Counted from the first letter of the stretch, positions 29,757-39,982 are shown. The stretch is 64,000 nt of DNA from Pirellulales bacterium (GCA_963733035.1 CAVTBU010000005.1:1536001-1600000); one strand, 5' to 3'. The notes: generated by a model not told the origin, from the letters alone. Translations and numbers: made by a program.

Positions 29757-31997
29757 CTACAAATCGGCGTCATAGAAATAGCTGCCGTAGCGCCCCGCAT
29801 ATTCGCTGGTAGGAATGCCGCTGATCACGACCCCAGCAACCTTCGCACCGGTGAACAGGACACGTTCCGTTGCCTTTTTCAATTGCGACTGCCGGGTCAC
29901 ATCTCGCATGGCACAGACCAGGACCGCGTCTGCGCTGCGAGCTAAGACCAGTGCCTCGCTTGCCGCCAAGACCGGCGGAGAATCAATGATCACGTAGCGG
30001 TAAGTGGCAGGGATTTCTGCAATCAGTTTCGACCAGCGTAGCTCCTCGAAAAGCTTATGTGGGTTGCTGTCCAATTCACCGGCAGGCAACACGTCGACCA
30101 ATTCGGTACGAGTTGCGACGATGGCTTCGGCGAGCGAGCTTCTGCCAGACAGAACGTCGGCGAGCCCCGGTTCGCTGGGAATCTCAAACAGACGGTGAAC
30201 GCTGGGGTCGCGTAAGTCTCCGTCAATGAGCAGCACGCGTTTCTGGGTGGCGCGGGCGATGCTTGCCGCAAGCTGAACAGCGACGCTTGTCTTGCCCTCC
30301 TTGTTGACAGCGCTGGCGATAGCCAGGATTCGTACGGACTCGGCGTTTGCTCCCAGCAGCACGCTGCTACGCAGCGCCTCGATGCTTTCCTGAAACATTT
30401 GAACGGCTCGATGCTCCCGCGGTGCCAAACGCTTGGCCTTCGAACTCCGCGTCGGCAATGCGGTAATCTCGCCGAGGACAGCCAGGTGGGCACTTTTTTC
30501 GACGTTTTCCGCCGTGCTGATCCGACCCGTCAGTTGTTCCTTCAGGACCGCCAAGCCAAACGGAGCGGCGAGTCCGGCCAGCAACGCCACCAACGCGTTC
30601 AAATAAGGTAGAGACTGAACCGGTGCTACAGGCACCTCTGCCGTTTTGCGTTCGAAGACACGACGCGGAGCGCTCTGTTCGGTTGAAAGTACAACGATGC
30701 GATCCGATATCTGGTCCAGGACATTCTCGGCCCGCTCCAGCTTGTCCTTCTCGAACATCAGCGTCACCGAATCGCCGGTGGACTGTTGAACTTTGGCCAA
30801 TTCCGCGACTCGTCGCTCTTCTAACATCGATTTAGTCAGTTGACACTTTTCAATCTCCGCCTTCAACTGTGCGATGGCCTGATGATGATCATGCAGCCGC
30901 TGCGCTTCGAGTCGAGCCTTTGTCTGCGACCGCAATTCACTCTTCCATGTTTCAAATGCCTTTTGGTTTTGCACGACGCGATCAGCCGTGCGCTGGTATT
31001 CCGAGCTGTCCTTACCTTGTGCTGCGCTGGTCAAGATGCTACTCAAGTGCAAGTTCTGATCTGCGAGGGCCTCCGCGAATTGCAGCGTTTTTGGATTTCT
31101 CTCAATCTCCGCATCAATCATCGATTCCGGGACCGCCGCGATACGCTTCAGATCCGCGGATTCAAGCGAGTGCAGTCTCTTCGTGAGCACTATCTCTTCG
31201 ACCTCGGTATTAATCAGCTGGTTGAGCAGGTCTGCCAGTGGCTTGGCTTCCGTTGCAGACGCATCGGATCCGTCTTTGAAGGGATCCCGTCCAGTGACTT
31301 GCTTCGCAATCTCGCGAACGCTCTTGCGCAACTCCTCGACCTCCTGTGAACGCCACTGAACTTCACTGCGGAGCTGATTGACGACTTCTTCCGACCGCTT
31401 CTGAAGATCGTCCTTCCGCTGTTTGAAGTATGAATCGACAATCGCATTTACCGCGCGGGCGGCTGCCTTGGGCTGCGAGCAGGTGAAGGAGACGCTGTAT
31501 AACTCAGACTCGCCGATCCGGCTGACCACGATTTGTCGGCGCAACCATTCCAACGGGTTGTCCTGTTTGTTCAATTCTGGAAGTCCGATGAGTTCCCGTT
31601 CTGCTATCACCGGACGGACGACCATCGGGCTTCGCAGCAACTCAATTTGCGTGGCAACAAAGGCTTTTGACGATGATCCTTGATCCTTGGACTCGAACGC
31701 CAGGAAGGGAACGTGCTCCTCGATTTGGATCCACGCCGAGGCCTCGTATTTCGGGACGAAAAGCCAGTACACCGTCAGGCTCGCCACCGTTCCGAGCACG
31801 ATTCCCGCTGGCAATGCCCACTTCCACCAGAATCGGATGGCATCGATGATCCGACGCGGACTGAGTCCGGTATCGGACTCAGCAGCAGGATGTACCACGC
31901 GCGGCGGACGCGTGGGTACAGAATTACGCGCGATTGGCACCAGACTTCGCGATGCTTCCTGATTCGATGGGTCGTGTTTTTGCGAGGTGTCAGTCAT
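29757..31997 (-). CDS. wzc: Wzc-like polysaccharide co-polymerase/tyrosine autokinase
   Basis: Two TM helices flanking a coiled-coil region, Walker A SAVNKEGKT, IDGDLR, IIDSPP, and a C-terminal Tyr cluster YAGRYGSYFY. Confidence 0.9.
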   Translation of the reverse strand: MTDTSQKHDPSNQEASRSLVPIARNSVPTRPPRVVHPAAESDTGLSPRRIIDAIRFWWKWALPAGIVLGTVASLTVYWLFVPKYEASAWIQIEEHVPFLAFESKDQGSSSKAFVATQIELLRSPMVVRPVIAERELIGLPELNKQDNPLEWLRRQIVVSRIGESELYSVSFTCSQPKAAARAVNAIVDSYFKQRKDDLQKRSEEVVNQLRSEVQWRSQEVEELRKSVREIAKQVTGRDPFKDGSDASATEAKPLADLLNQLINTEVEEIVLTKRLHSLESADLKRIAAVPESMIDAEIERNPKTLQFAEALADQNLHLSSILTSAAQGKDSSEYQRTADRVVQNQKAFETWKSELRSQTKARLEAQRLHDHHQAIAQLKAEIEKCQLTKSMLEERRVAELAKVQQSTGDSVTLMFEKDKLERAENVLDQISDRIVVLSTEQSAPRRVFERKTAEVPVAPVQSLPYLNALVALLAGLAAPFGLAVLKEQLTGRISTAENVEKSAHLAVLGEITALPTRSSKAKRLAPREHRAVQMFQESIEALRSSVLLGANAESVRILAIASAVNKEGKTSVAVQLAASIARATQKRVLLIDGDLRDPSVHRLFEIPSEPGLADVLSGRSSLAEAIVATRTELVDVLPAGELDSNPHKLFEELRWSKLIAEIPATYRYVIIDSPPVLAASEALVLARSADAVLVCAMRDVTRQSQLKKATERVLFTGAKVAGVVISGIPTSEYAGRYGSYFYDADL

Positions 31998-32056
31998 GGC
32001 AGTTGGCAATTACGAATGCAGCGCAAGCGACTTTACCTGACGGGCGCAGATCGAGT

Positions 32057-33049
32057 TCAAGGTTTGCTGGCACGGCTTTGCGGTTCGCTTTGCCCCAGCA
32101 GAAGGTCGGCGACGTCCATCGTTTCCCGTTCGGGGAACAGCCGGTTCAGGTACCACAACACACCGCCAAACAGGAACGCGGCCATCAGGATCATGGCGAA
32201 ACCGGCGAAATCGTGTGAGAACTTCTGTCCCGCTTCACTCGAGATGTACTGATAACACAGTCCGGTAACAACGATTCGCGCGGTGTTGGCTGCCAGCGCG
32301 ACCGGAACCACGCTTAGAAGTAACAGCGCGCGTTCCCACCACGATTTCTTGAAGAACATCAGATAGGCGACTGCCAAGGCAATGATCCCCACCAACATGC
32401 GCAAGCCCGAGCAAGCTTGCTCCACGTCGAGCCGATGAGTTCCGAGGTGGATTGTGTATCCTTCACTAATTGCCGGTTGGCCCAGACACTGGAGCGTCCA
32501 CACGCTCAGCCTGGTGGCCGCCGAACGAAGCGGCAGGCTTAGCATCTGCTCCATGCGGAAGGGGAGCGGAACCATGAAGTACAGATACAGAGCCGCCGGC
32601 AAGCTCCAGCGCGCCAGTCGCCACCCTCCAAAGGTCCACACGACTCCAACGATCCATACTGGTATCGACCACGCGTCAATCGTTGGAATGTACAGAATGG
32701 CCGCCGGGATCCGCATGGCGATGCTCAGCAGCACGAGCAACAACCCGGGCCACGCGAACTGAAGGCGGAAGTCCGGAAAGCGATCGCGAGCGTGCCACAA
32801 AAAGAAACCCGCCAGCAGCGGCACAAGAAAACCGTGCGAATAGTCGGGCACGGTGTTCCAAGTGTGGATCAGATGGGCTGTCGTTGGCCAGTATGCCCAG
32901 AAAAACAAGACCACCAGCGACAGGCCAGCGATCGCGATGGTCGTGCGCGCCTTGCGCGGCGGATTGACCGCTATTTCAGCCGGGGAATCAGGCGAAGGGC
33001 TCGCCTGCGCTCCGACGAGCGGCGACTTTTCGTACACGCTCGAGCCCAT
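32057..33049 (-). CDS. xrt: Exosortase (EpsH family)
   Basis: Multi-TM protein with YSHGFLVP and the catalytic Cys (ACSGLR), Arg (ANTARI) and His (SHDFAG). Confidence 0.93.
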   Translation of the reverse strand: MGSSVYEKSPLVGAQASPSPDSPAEIAVNPPRKARTTIAIAGLSLVVLFFWAYWPTTAHLIHTWNTVPDYSHGFLVPLLAGFFLWHARDRFPDFRLQFAWPGLLLVLLSIAMRIPAAILYIPTIDAWSIPVWIVGVVWTFGGWRLARWSLPAALYLYFMVPLPFRMEQMLSLPLRSAATRLSVWTLQCLGQPAISEGYTIHLGTHRLDVEQACSGLRMLVGIIALAVAYLMFFKKSWWERALLLLSVVPVALAANTARIVVTGLCYQYISSEAGQKFSHDFAGFAMILMAAFLFGGVLWYLNRLFPERETMDVADLLLGQSEPQSRASKP

Positions 33050-33050
33050 G

Positions 33051-33710
33051 CTAGGTGCCGTCTCCAAAGAAACGCACAAACCGCTTATACACGCGATGCG
33101 TCTTTTGCCAGAAATTCGCCCGCGTCATCTCGTCCGTTTCCAGGTAGCTGTCATCGTCGGGGGAGTCGAGCAGGTACTCGCCACAAAATTGCCGTTCGCT
33201 GGGCGATAACGTTTCCAGAAACTCGTTGAGCGAGACATCAACCTGATCATCGTCTGTCGAGTAGTGAGGAGCTCGCTGGCGAGACGCTTTCCCCTCCCGG
33301 ACCCTGCGACGAAGCTCCGAGCGAAAGTGGCGACGGACTTCGTCGCGAGCGATGGCACGCAAGAACGTAATCAGGCGTGCCCCTCTGCCTGGATCGTAGC
33401 GCGTCAAAAGTTCGCCATCGTCTGCCACGAGGGCGTACCATACCCGAGCAGTGATTTCCTCGGCCAGGTTTATATCGCTCGTGCGACCGCTCAAGAGCAC
33501 GCAAACGATTTGAACGAGCTGATGATTGCATTGGGCGTGCAATTCCTCCCACGCGTTGACTTGTCCGGCTACGCACCGCTGAGCAAGATCGCGGTCCGCG
33601 TCGACCAACCGCTTGCGAGCAGCTTCCACTTCGGCCTGCGTTTGCAATGCCTCATCTGCAGGCGGCGCCTCCAACAGTTGACTGCTCGACGGCTTTTGTC
33701 TTCGCTTCAC
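33051..33710 (-). CDS. ECF-like sigma-70 family factor with divergent region 4
   Basis: Region-2-like DRDLAQRCVAG..AWEEL, AEEITARVW and RYDPGRGARLITFLRAIAR. The region-4-like start LSPSERQ is followed by an atypical HTH. Confidence 0.65.
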   Translation of the reverse strand: MKRRQKPSSSQLLEAPPADEALQTQAEVEAARKRLVDADRDLAQRCVAGQVNAWEELHAQCNHQLVQIVCVLLSGRTSDINLAEEITARVWYALVADDGELLTRYDPGRGARLITFLRAIARDEVRRHFRSELRRRVREGKASRQRAPHYSTDDDQVDVSLNEFLETLSPSERQFCGEYLLDSPDDDSYLETDEMTRANFWQKTHRVYKRFVRFFGDGT

Positions 33711-34701
33711 GCTGGTCTTATGGCTTTTTCAAAACCTGCAACGTAACTTAAGCGCCGGAGACAAATACGCGGCCTCCTACTGCGCCCAATTTGCGCGTAC
33801 TCCGTTCCCGTGGGTGACGTTGCACCCATTCCCAAACGATTGGAAAGCGCGTCCAGGCGACTAGTGGCCGTCGAATCCGTCGACGGCGCATACGACATCC
33901 ACGGCTCTCAGCCCGGCTCGGACAACGAGCGCCACAATCTCCGTCCAATCAGCGAATCAACAATTCAATGGTGTGCGGAACGGCAGGATTCTGGACAGTC
34001 CCAGCCCCGGCACGGGCTGGATCGCCGGGGCGGCCGAAGCGCATGAACGACGCGTCGACCGCGAACCGGCTGGTTCAGACAGATTTGATGCGGAACCCGA
34101 TACCCGGGGCGCCTCGCGCCACGAGCCACGACTCGCGAATCAAACTGCGTCAAGAAGCTTGCGTTCGTAGAGGAAACCCGGCCAGAACAGACAACAATCC
34201 GTGGAAATACCAACATTTTCCGGTCCAGTTTTTCGGTCGTTCGGCTACGAACCGACTGCAAATCGAACCGACTTTCAGCGGCAGAGTTCCACACGGTTGT
34301 TGCCCCCAGTTGCTAGCGGGTCTCCTCTATAAGCAACAAGGCGCATTTGGTCGTTGAAAGCGGACACGCTTGTGTCGCAGAGCGTATCAGCCAGAGCCGA
34401 TGATAGATTAGTAAGTCATTCTTGATGCGTCGGTTGCGCTTTCCAAAATTCTCCTAAAATTCTTTTTGGGTTCGTAGGTCTGATCGGCTACCGACGTCAG
34501 CGACCCACCGTCCCCCCCATATTCTTTACTCCATGGCATAGATCAAACGACGCCCAACAATGATCACGGATCGGATCTTCGCAGTCGAGATGACCTGAAC
34601 GCCGAGTGACAGGTTTGACTGAAATGATCGAGAATTGGCTGTAATCTTCAATCTTCGATAGGCAAGGAAGAGCCATCTCAGTCGCGGGGTGACCTTAGTT
34701 A

Positions 34702-34802
34702 TGACACAAAATGTCAGCACTTGTCCGCGGCGTCGGTTTTCGCAAAAAAACATCTCCACGACTTTAGAAATACTTGACATTCACCGCTGGCTCGGTTTTA
34801 AT
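34702..34802 (+). promoter_or_regulatory. Sigma70 promoter with upstream TGAC-N7-GTCA palindrome (class A)
   Basis: TTGACA (34774-79)-N17-TTTAAT (34797-802); TGACacaaaatGTCA at 34702-34716. Confidence 0.65.
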
Positions 34803-34876
34803 TTGCTTCATCGCGGTTGTCCGCGTTCAACATTGCCGATCAGCCAAGAACATTCATGCATACGGAGAAACGTCTA

Positions 34877-35257
34877 ATGCGTCGCATCTTGAGCCACTTT
34901 GCGTTTTGTTCTCTGGCGGCGGCAATCGTCTTCTCGGCTGCCACGGCACGAGCTGAAAGTATCTCGTTTGCCGACGGATACGAGGGCAGCGTAAACGCGG
35001 CAGCCGATGAAGCGTTGACCAGCGAATCCGCTGTTGAAGCTTCGACGCTTGTCAGCGACAAATCTCTGGACGCTGAATTCACATTTACCAGCCCTTCATC
35101 GGCGAGCGAAGTTGCCTCGTCGCAGTCAGTGAATCTGACGCCGGTCGGCATTATGGTCGCCACCTCGGCCACGGCCACCGTCCCGGAGCCAGCAACTCTG
35201 GTATTGCTTGGCCTTGGTTTTCTGGGCGTACTGGTTGCCCGTAGGCGAAGTCGCTGA
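34877..35257 (+). CDS. PEP-CTERM protein 1 (short, Ser/Ala/Thr-rich; non-Trp tail)
   Basis: Signal peptide ending ARA; tail VPEPATLVLLGLGFLGVLVARRRSR; GGAGA ribosome-binding site. Confidence 0.9.
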   Translation: MRRILSHFAFCSLAAAIVFSAATARAESISFADGYEGSVNAAADEALTSESAVEASTLVSDKSLDAEFTFTSPSSASEVASSQSVNLTPVGIMVATSATATVPEPATLVLLGLGFLGVLVARRRSR

Positions 35258-35315
35258 TTCATTTGCTGATCGCAACAAATACGTTGAACCGTGCAAACCA
35301 GTTTGCACTGCAAAT

Positions 35316-35339
35316 AGGACTGCTCGCCAGTCCTTTTTT
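35316..35339 (+). terminator. Rho-independent terminator
   Basis: AGGACTG-ctcgc-CAGTCCT followed by TTTTT. Confidence 0.7.
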
Positions 35340-35584
35340 GCGCGCCCGCCCTTCGAATGCACATACGCCCTGCGGCAACAGTTAATGCTTTTGATTTGAG
35401 CGGCCATTCATCCGACCGACTTGACTCTTGCAGGAACCTCGTCCAGCAGCGATGCTGAAAAACCGTGGGCATCGAGCGTCGCAAACCGTACCGCTCGACT
35501 AGGTCTGACAGGTCGCGGTTTCAAGATCAACCGGTGACGTGTCTTCCCGGTGTGCGGCAGCCGGCGCGGTTGGAGAGTCATGTG

Positions 35585-36694
35585 ATGCGGCAAAGCATGC
35601 TAGTTTTGACAATCTGCTGTATCGCGGCCAACCTATCTCAAGCCAGCGTCGCGGTCGTGACGAACCGCACGGACAGGACCGTGTCGTTTCGCTTGGCTAC
35701 CGAGGACGCGGATACCTCGCGCAATGCCGAGCAAGTGATCGAGCAAGGGGATTGCTTGCCGATCCCGCTGTCGGGCCAGGCACAGTTGTCGATCGTTTCG
35801 GGTGGAAAGCGCAAGCAATACCGCGTGAATCCTACCGCCATGTACTACTTCTATTTGAACAGCGCCGGGGAAATTGACTTCAGTCAGATCGGGTTGCAGG
35901 AGCCGCCTGGTGCCAACGTTGCTCCCATCGTCGCTGCTCGGGTAGCTGGCGCACCATTGACTCCCAGGAAATCGGGATCGGTCGTAATCCCGGTCAAGAT
36001 CCTGTATGACGATGCCGAGGTGTTGACTCGCAAAGCGTGGGAAGCTCGCATGCGGAGACGATTTGAAGAAGTCTCGCGCATTTTCCGGAAGCACTGTTTC
36101 GTTGAATTTCAAATCGTCGCGGTTGACAGCTGGCAGCGGCCAACCGCTGTGCAGGCACTGTTACCTACCATGGAGGAGTTTGAGAAGGCCGTTGATCCGG
36201 CGCCTGCGCAGGTGGCAATCGGATTCCTGGGACAGCCAATCAAAAAGAGGCCTGAAGATGGTCACCTCGGTGGCACGCGGGGACCGCTGAGCACGCACGT
36301 GTTAGTTCGTGAGTGGGTCAACGAAAACACGGAGCGGGAATGCTTGGAACTCCTGGTGCACGAACTGGGCCACTTCCTCGGTGCCGTTCATAGCCCCGAA
36401 GTCAATTCGGTCATGCGGCCAAATCTCGGGGACCGCTATGCGCGATCTCCATATTTTCGGATCGTTTTCGACCCGCTAAACACATTGGCCATGTGCCTGG
36501 TCAGTCAAGAACTGGCTGCCAATCGAACGCTTCGATTCGCGCAGCTAAGCCCTTGGACCAAGTTGGAATTGAAGGCGATCTACTACAACCTGGATCGCGC
36601 GAATCCCAAAGATCCAGCCGCAGGCAGCTATTTGCGCGCCTTGGGGGATATCTCTCCCCGACGAACCGGTCCGGACCCGATCCTGGGAGAATAG
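35585..36694 (+). CDS. Secreted metzincin zinc metalloprotease (M10/M12-like)
   Basis: Signal peptide; HELGHFLGAVH (HExxHxxGxxH) and Met-turn SVMRP. Confidence 0.82.
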   Translation: MRQSMLVLTICCIAANLSQASVAVVTNRTDRTVSFRLATEDADTSRNAEQVIEQGDCLPIPLSGQAQLSIVSGGKRKQYRVNPTAMYYFYLNSAGEIDFSQIGLQEPPGANVAPIVAARVAGAPLTPRKSGSVVIPVKILYDDAEVLTRKAWEARMRRRFEEVSRIFRKHCFVEFQIVAVDSWQRPTAVQALLPTMEEFEKAVDPAPAQVAIGFLGQPIKKRPEDGHLGGTRGPLSTHVLVREWVNENTERECLELLVHELGHFLGAVHSPEVNSVMRPNLGDRYARSPYFRIVFDPLNTLAMCLVSQELAANRTLRFAQLSPWTKLELKAIYYNLDRANPKDPAAGSYLRALGDISPRRTGPDPILGE

Positions 36695-36883
36695 AGATAC
36701 CGGCAATCGCGCATCGGTCGAGCATGGAAAATCATCGGGAGTGACCCGGCTAAGATGCGGGCGATCACGCTTGGGTTTTCAGCAGGCTGCCAACCGGTCA
36801 CCGGACCGCCCCAGTCGCGCGTGTTCCGACTCACAGTATGCTGCGCCACGGGGAGCGGAATGCACGCTCGTACCCGATCGCAA

Positions 36884-37780
36884 TTAGGCCCGCGGTCCGG
36901 ACACGGCATCCAAAATGGCTTGGCGCGTATCGCTTGACCAGCGTCCCTGCGCAACTTCCCGGCGTCGACGTCCCACGGTCAATCCGGCCGCACCTCCGGC
37001 CAGTAATGACCACACAACAAGGCTTGCCGGCTCGGGCACGGCGGCGCCCACCTGTGCGTCGGCAACAATGACCCCGTAGGCTTGGTCCTGATTGAGCGGG
37101 TTTGTCAATGCCCAGACCGTCGCGTTCGGCGATGCACTACCCAGGTTGCTTAAGAAAAACTGCGCCTCCGCCAGCATGTTCGCGGCAGCGCCCGTGGGCG
37201 TGTTTGTAACTCGCAAATTGCCCGTGCTGAAGCTGGAAGAAGCACCGTCGTATACTAACTTCCAGAGCGCGATCTGGTAGGCACCCGCCCACTCTCGACG
37301 GTCTTGAGTCGTCAGATTTGGATCGCTGAGGATCATCTGCGGATCCGGGTAAAAATTTGAAAAGAGCGCAGTAATTTCTCCCGCGATTGTCGCGTCGATT
37401 TGAGCTCCCGGATTGGGGGCACCGACTAAACCAGCGACCGTCCAACTCTGCAAGTGCCCCCAGTACACATCTTGCACGACTTCGATGCACGAAGTGTAAA
37501 AGTTGTCGACCGGGCTGCCGTTTACCGCAGCGTTGGTCCAATAAAGTAGCCCGCCCTGATCCGAGCCCCAGGTCGTGCTTGTAGGGCTCCCGTTGTTGTA
37601 GAGCCGAAAGTTTACTCCGGAGACGCCCAGGATCGAACCGTTCTGCGTCAGGTATCCCTGGACTTGATCATTTAATTGCAGGTCCAACGCCGCCATCAGC
37701 TGATGCCCGTTGCCGAGCACTACGGCGACAGCCAGGGAGGCTAGAATCGTGCGAGCAAGACTCTGTAACTTCATGGACAT
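36884..37780 (-). CDS. PEP-CTERM protein 2 (Trp tail; thioester-domain-like motifs)
   Basis: Signal peptide; FYTSCIE ... AYQIALW; tail VPEPASLVVWSLL...RRRR plus a C-terminal extension. Confidence 0.9.
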   Translation of the reverse strand: MSMKLQSLARTILASLAVAVVLGNGHQLMAALDLQLNDQVQGYLTQNGSILGVSGVNFRLYNNGSPTSTTWGSDQGGLLYWTNAAVNGSPVDNFYTSCIEVVQDVYWGHLQSWTVAGLVGAPNPGAQIDATIAGEITALFSNFYPDPQMILSDPNLTTQDRREWAGAYQIALWKLVYDGASSSFSTGNLRVTNTPTGAAANMLAEAQFFLSNLGSASPNATVWALTNPLNQDQAYGVIVADAQVGAAVPEPASLVVWSLLAGGAAGLTVGRRRREVAQGRWSSDTRQAILDAVSGPRA

Positions 37781-37848
37781 AACAATCTCTATCTCAGGCT
37801 GTGATTCTTGATGCGGGGAAGATCGTGTTATCGCTTTTATCTACCCTC

Positions 37849-37883
37849 CTATAGACCGCCACACGATTTTCCTGACAAAAAAA
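37849..37883 (-). promoter_or_regulatory. Class B motif (candidate alternative-sigma promoter)
   Basis: TTTTTTTGTCAGG...TCTATAG; spacer from GTCA to CTATA is 18 bp. Confidence 0.6.
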
Positions 37884-38074
37884 CCTCCCAATTTACCAAT
37901 TCGGCGCGGCGAGGGATTCTTAAATCAGGACGTCGGACACGGCTTGTCCGCTCCTGCGGCCAGAATTGACCATGAGAAAGCTGAAGGTCGCGAGTGACTG
38001 GAATCGGCGCTGCTCAGATTTGCGAGCTCGGCGAGAAAGGCAGATGGGAGCTTGAGCCCGTTTTCGTGGTGAGT

Positions 38075-38746
38075 TCAGCCCTGAGACTTCTTGCGGCGCC
38101 AACCGATGCCCATTGCAAGGGAACTTAGCAAAGTCCACACGATCAGGCTGGTGGGCTCAGGAACCGCAGCTGTTCCCGACATTTCGACCCGCAGCGCCGA
38201 TGGATTGGCGTTGCCGCTATTGTCACCAGGAGCGGAGCCACCGTTGTGAATTACGAATTCCAAGGTGTTCAATCCTGACACGAAGCCACTGGTAATCGTG
38301 AACGGGGCGAATCCCGAACTGAATTGCGTAAACGAGGTGGCGACAGTACCGATCGAAACACCGTTTATTTTGATGTCCACGCCATCGTTGTCGCTTGACC
38401 AGGCACCACTGATACTAGCCGTCGACGGATTGAGGCCGGTCAAATCGAACGTCGTTTCATAGACGTAATTTCCTGGAGGGGAGTTCAGGTCCGGGTCGTT
38501 GTTTGGGCCAATCCAACGGGACAACGAATTATCGCCCAAGTAGGGCGGGATTGGAAAGTTGCTCGCGGACGTTATGACTCGAATGTCGGTGGATCCACTG
38601 GGCACCGACGTCAAAGTGTAATGTGGGTCCCCAATCGTGCCGTCGGGCAGGACGGCTCCAGAAGCATCGACGCCTGTGTTGAACAAGGTCGTAATGATGG
38701 CTCCCTGGGCGTGTCCGACTTCGAAGGCCAACACGATTCCAAGCAT
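38075..38746 (-). CDS. PEP-CTERM protein 3 (Trp tail; beta-rich domain)
   Basis: Tail VPEPTSLIVWTLL...WRRKK. An out-of-frame ATG at 38765 with an RBS may be the true start. Confidence 0.9.
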   Translation of the reverse strand: MLGIVLAFEVGHAQGAIITTLFNTGVDASGAVLPDGTIGDPHYTLTSVPSGSTDIRVITSASNFPIPPYLGDNSLSRWIGPNNDPDLNSPPGNYVYETTFDLTGLNPSTASISGAWSSDNDGVDIKINGVSIGTVATSFTQFSSGFAPFTITSGFVSGLNTLEFVIHNGGSAPGDNSGNANPSALRVEMSGTAAVPEPTSLIVWTLLSSLAMGIGWRRKKSQG

Positions 38747-38875
38747 GCCGACAGATCCGTTTCATTTTCCAGTCCCTTGACGAGTCGAGGCGGTTCCGCA
38801 GGCGAAAGCTAAAGTCGTCGCGACGCGGGTTCCACGAAATGGGTCCATAGGTCCATATCCATACTTTCAGTTTCT

Positions 38876-38909
38876 ATTAGGTTCGCCAAGCATGGTATCC
38901 TGACACAAA
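38876..38909 (-). promoter_or_regulatory. Class B motif
   Basis: TTTGTGTCAGG...CCTAATAG; spacer 20 bp. Confidence 0.5.
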
Positions 38910-38991
38910 CCTCGAAAAAATAGTTATTCACCAGGGAATGCCATGTAGATTCATTAAGCGTCGAGTACGATTTCAAGAGCCAAATGACAGC

Positions 38992-39140
38992 AGCCGGAGC
39001 AGACCAGAGTGCGCCCCGGCTCAGTGGATTCGCTCGGCGACCAATTCCTAAGCAGCTCGTTTGCGTCGTCGCCAGCAACCAGCGCCGCCCAGGACTAACC
39101 CGAGGAGGGACCAAACAACGAGGCTGCCGGGTTCGGGAAC
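38992..39140 (-). repeat. PEP-CTERM tail plus terminator cassette, copy 1
   Basis: Collinear nucleotide similarity with 40291-40439, extending about 55 bp past the stop and including a hairpin. Confidence 0.8.
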
Positions 39141-39800
39141 CGAAGCTGATAGGAACTCTGCTCGAAGACCCGTCGGATTGCCGCTTCCGCCAGATGCGTT
39201 TGTCACTCGGAACTCTAAGGTATTTGCCCCAGCTACCAAGCCAACTGAAGAATTCAGTTCAAAATTCGTCCAAGTTCCAAAACCCAACGATGACGGCAAA
39301 ACTAGATTCCCATTCAAGAATAGCTGCCCCGAGTTGTCAGTTGCCCAATGCCCGTCAACCACCAAGTAGGAACCTGGCGCCGTGAACGTAAGCGAGTAGG
39401 TGTAAAGCCCCGCAGGAGCCGTCGACGGCCATATTCCACTGCCTGAATTTGCAAACTGGGTCGGAGTAATCCAGCTGGAACCACTTGACCCGGGAGCGTC
39501 ATTGGCAAGCCAATGACCATAAGCTGGGTTCGTCGTTGAGACACCCGAATTAGGCGGGGCTGCCGTTGTTGTTAGCGTGTAGTGCGTATCGAAAGCAACT
39601 GGAGCTAAGACTTTGTCGGCGGAGTCGGTGCCCGTGTTATAGAGGCCAATGCTCGGCAATGAAATTGCGGCCGATGCGTTCCCTGGCAGGCAGGTTGAAA
39701 CAGCGCCAGCGATCGCTAGAAATGCCAAGCCCCGATTTCCGAACAGCAAAAAGTCTTTATAACACATAGCCCACGTTTCCTTGTAGGTTGTTCGATTCAT
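39048..39800 (-). CDS. PEP-CTERM protein 4 (Trp tail; paralog of protein 3)
   Basis: LYNTG, HYTL, SWI, DN, LEF.V.N and NP.GLR.E are shared with 38075-38746; tail VPEPGSLVVWSLL...WRRRKR. Confidence 0.9.
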   Translation of the reverse strand: MNRTTYKETWAMCYKDFLLFGNRGLAFLAIAGAVSTCLPGNASAAISLPSIGLYNTGTDSADKVLAPVAFDTHYTLTTTAAPPNSGVSTTNPAYGHWLANDAPGSSGSSWITPTQFANSGSGIWPSTAPAGLYTYSLTFTAPGSYLVVDGHWATDNSGQLFLNGNLVLPSSLGFGTWTNFELNSSVGLVAGANTLEFRVTNASGGSGNPTGLRAEFLSASVPEPGSLVVWSLLGLVLGGAGCWRRRKRAA

Positions 39801-39982
39801 GTTGCTCTATGATATCGCTAAAACCCTGCTTCATTATCGGGGCGATTCGTAGGCCACTCTTTTGCCGTCGTAGCCACACCAACCGGCCCCACCGATAGTC
39901 ATGATCTCGCGTAGCGACCAGCACACTGCCGCTTATCTATCGCAGCTTTGTGGCGGCCTTAAACCGGCCCAACGCTACAAGC

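Noticed and set aside
33711..34700. Class B motif upstream of the sigma-xrt operon (autoregulation), and short ORFs in this gap
   Set aside because: The GTCA sites checked lacked a CTAWW box at 18-20 bp, and the ORFs have no recognisable features.
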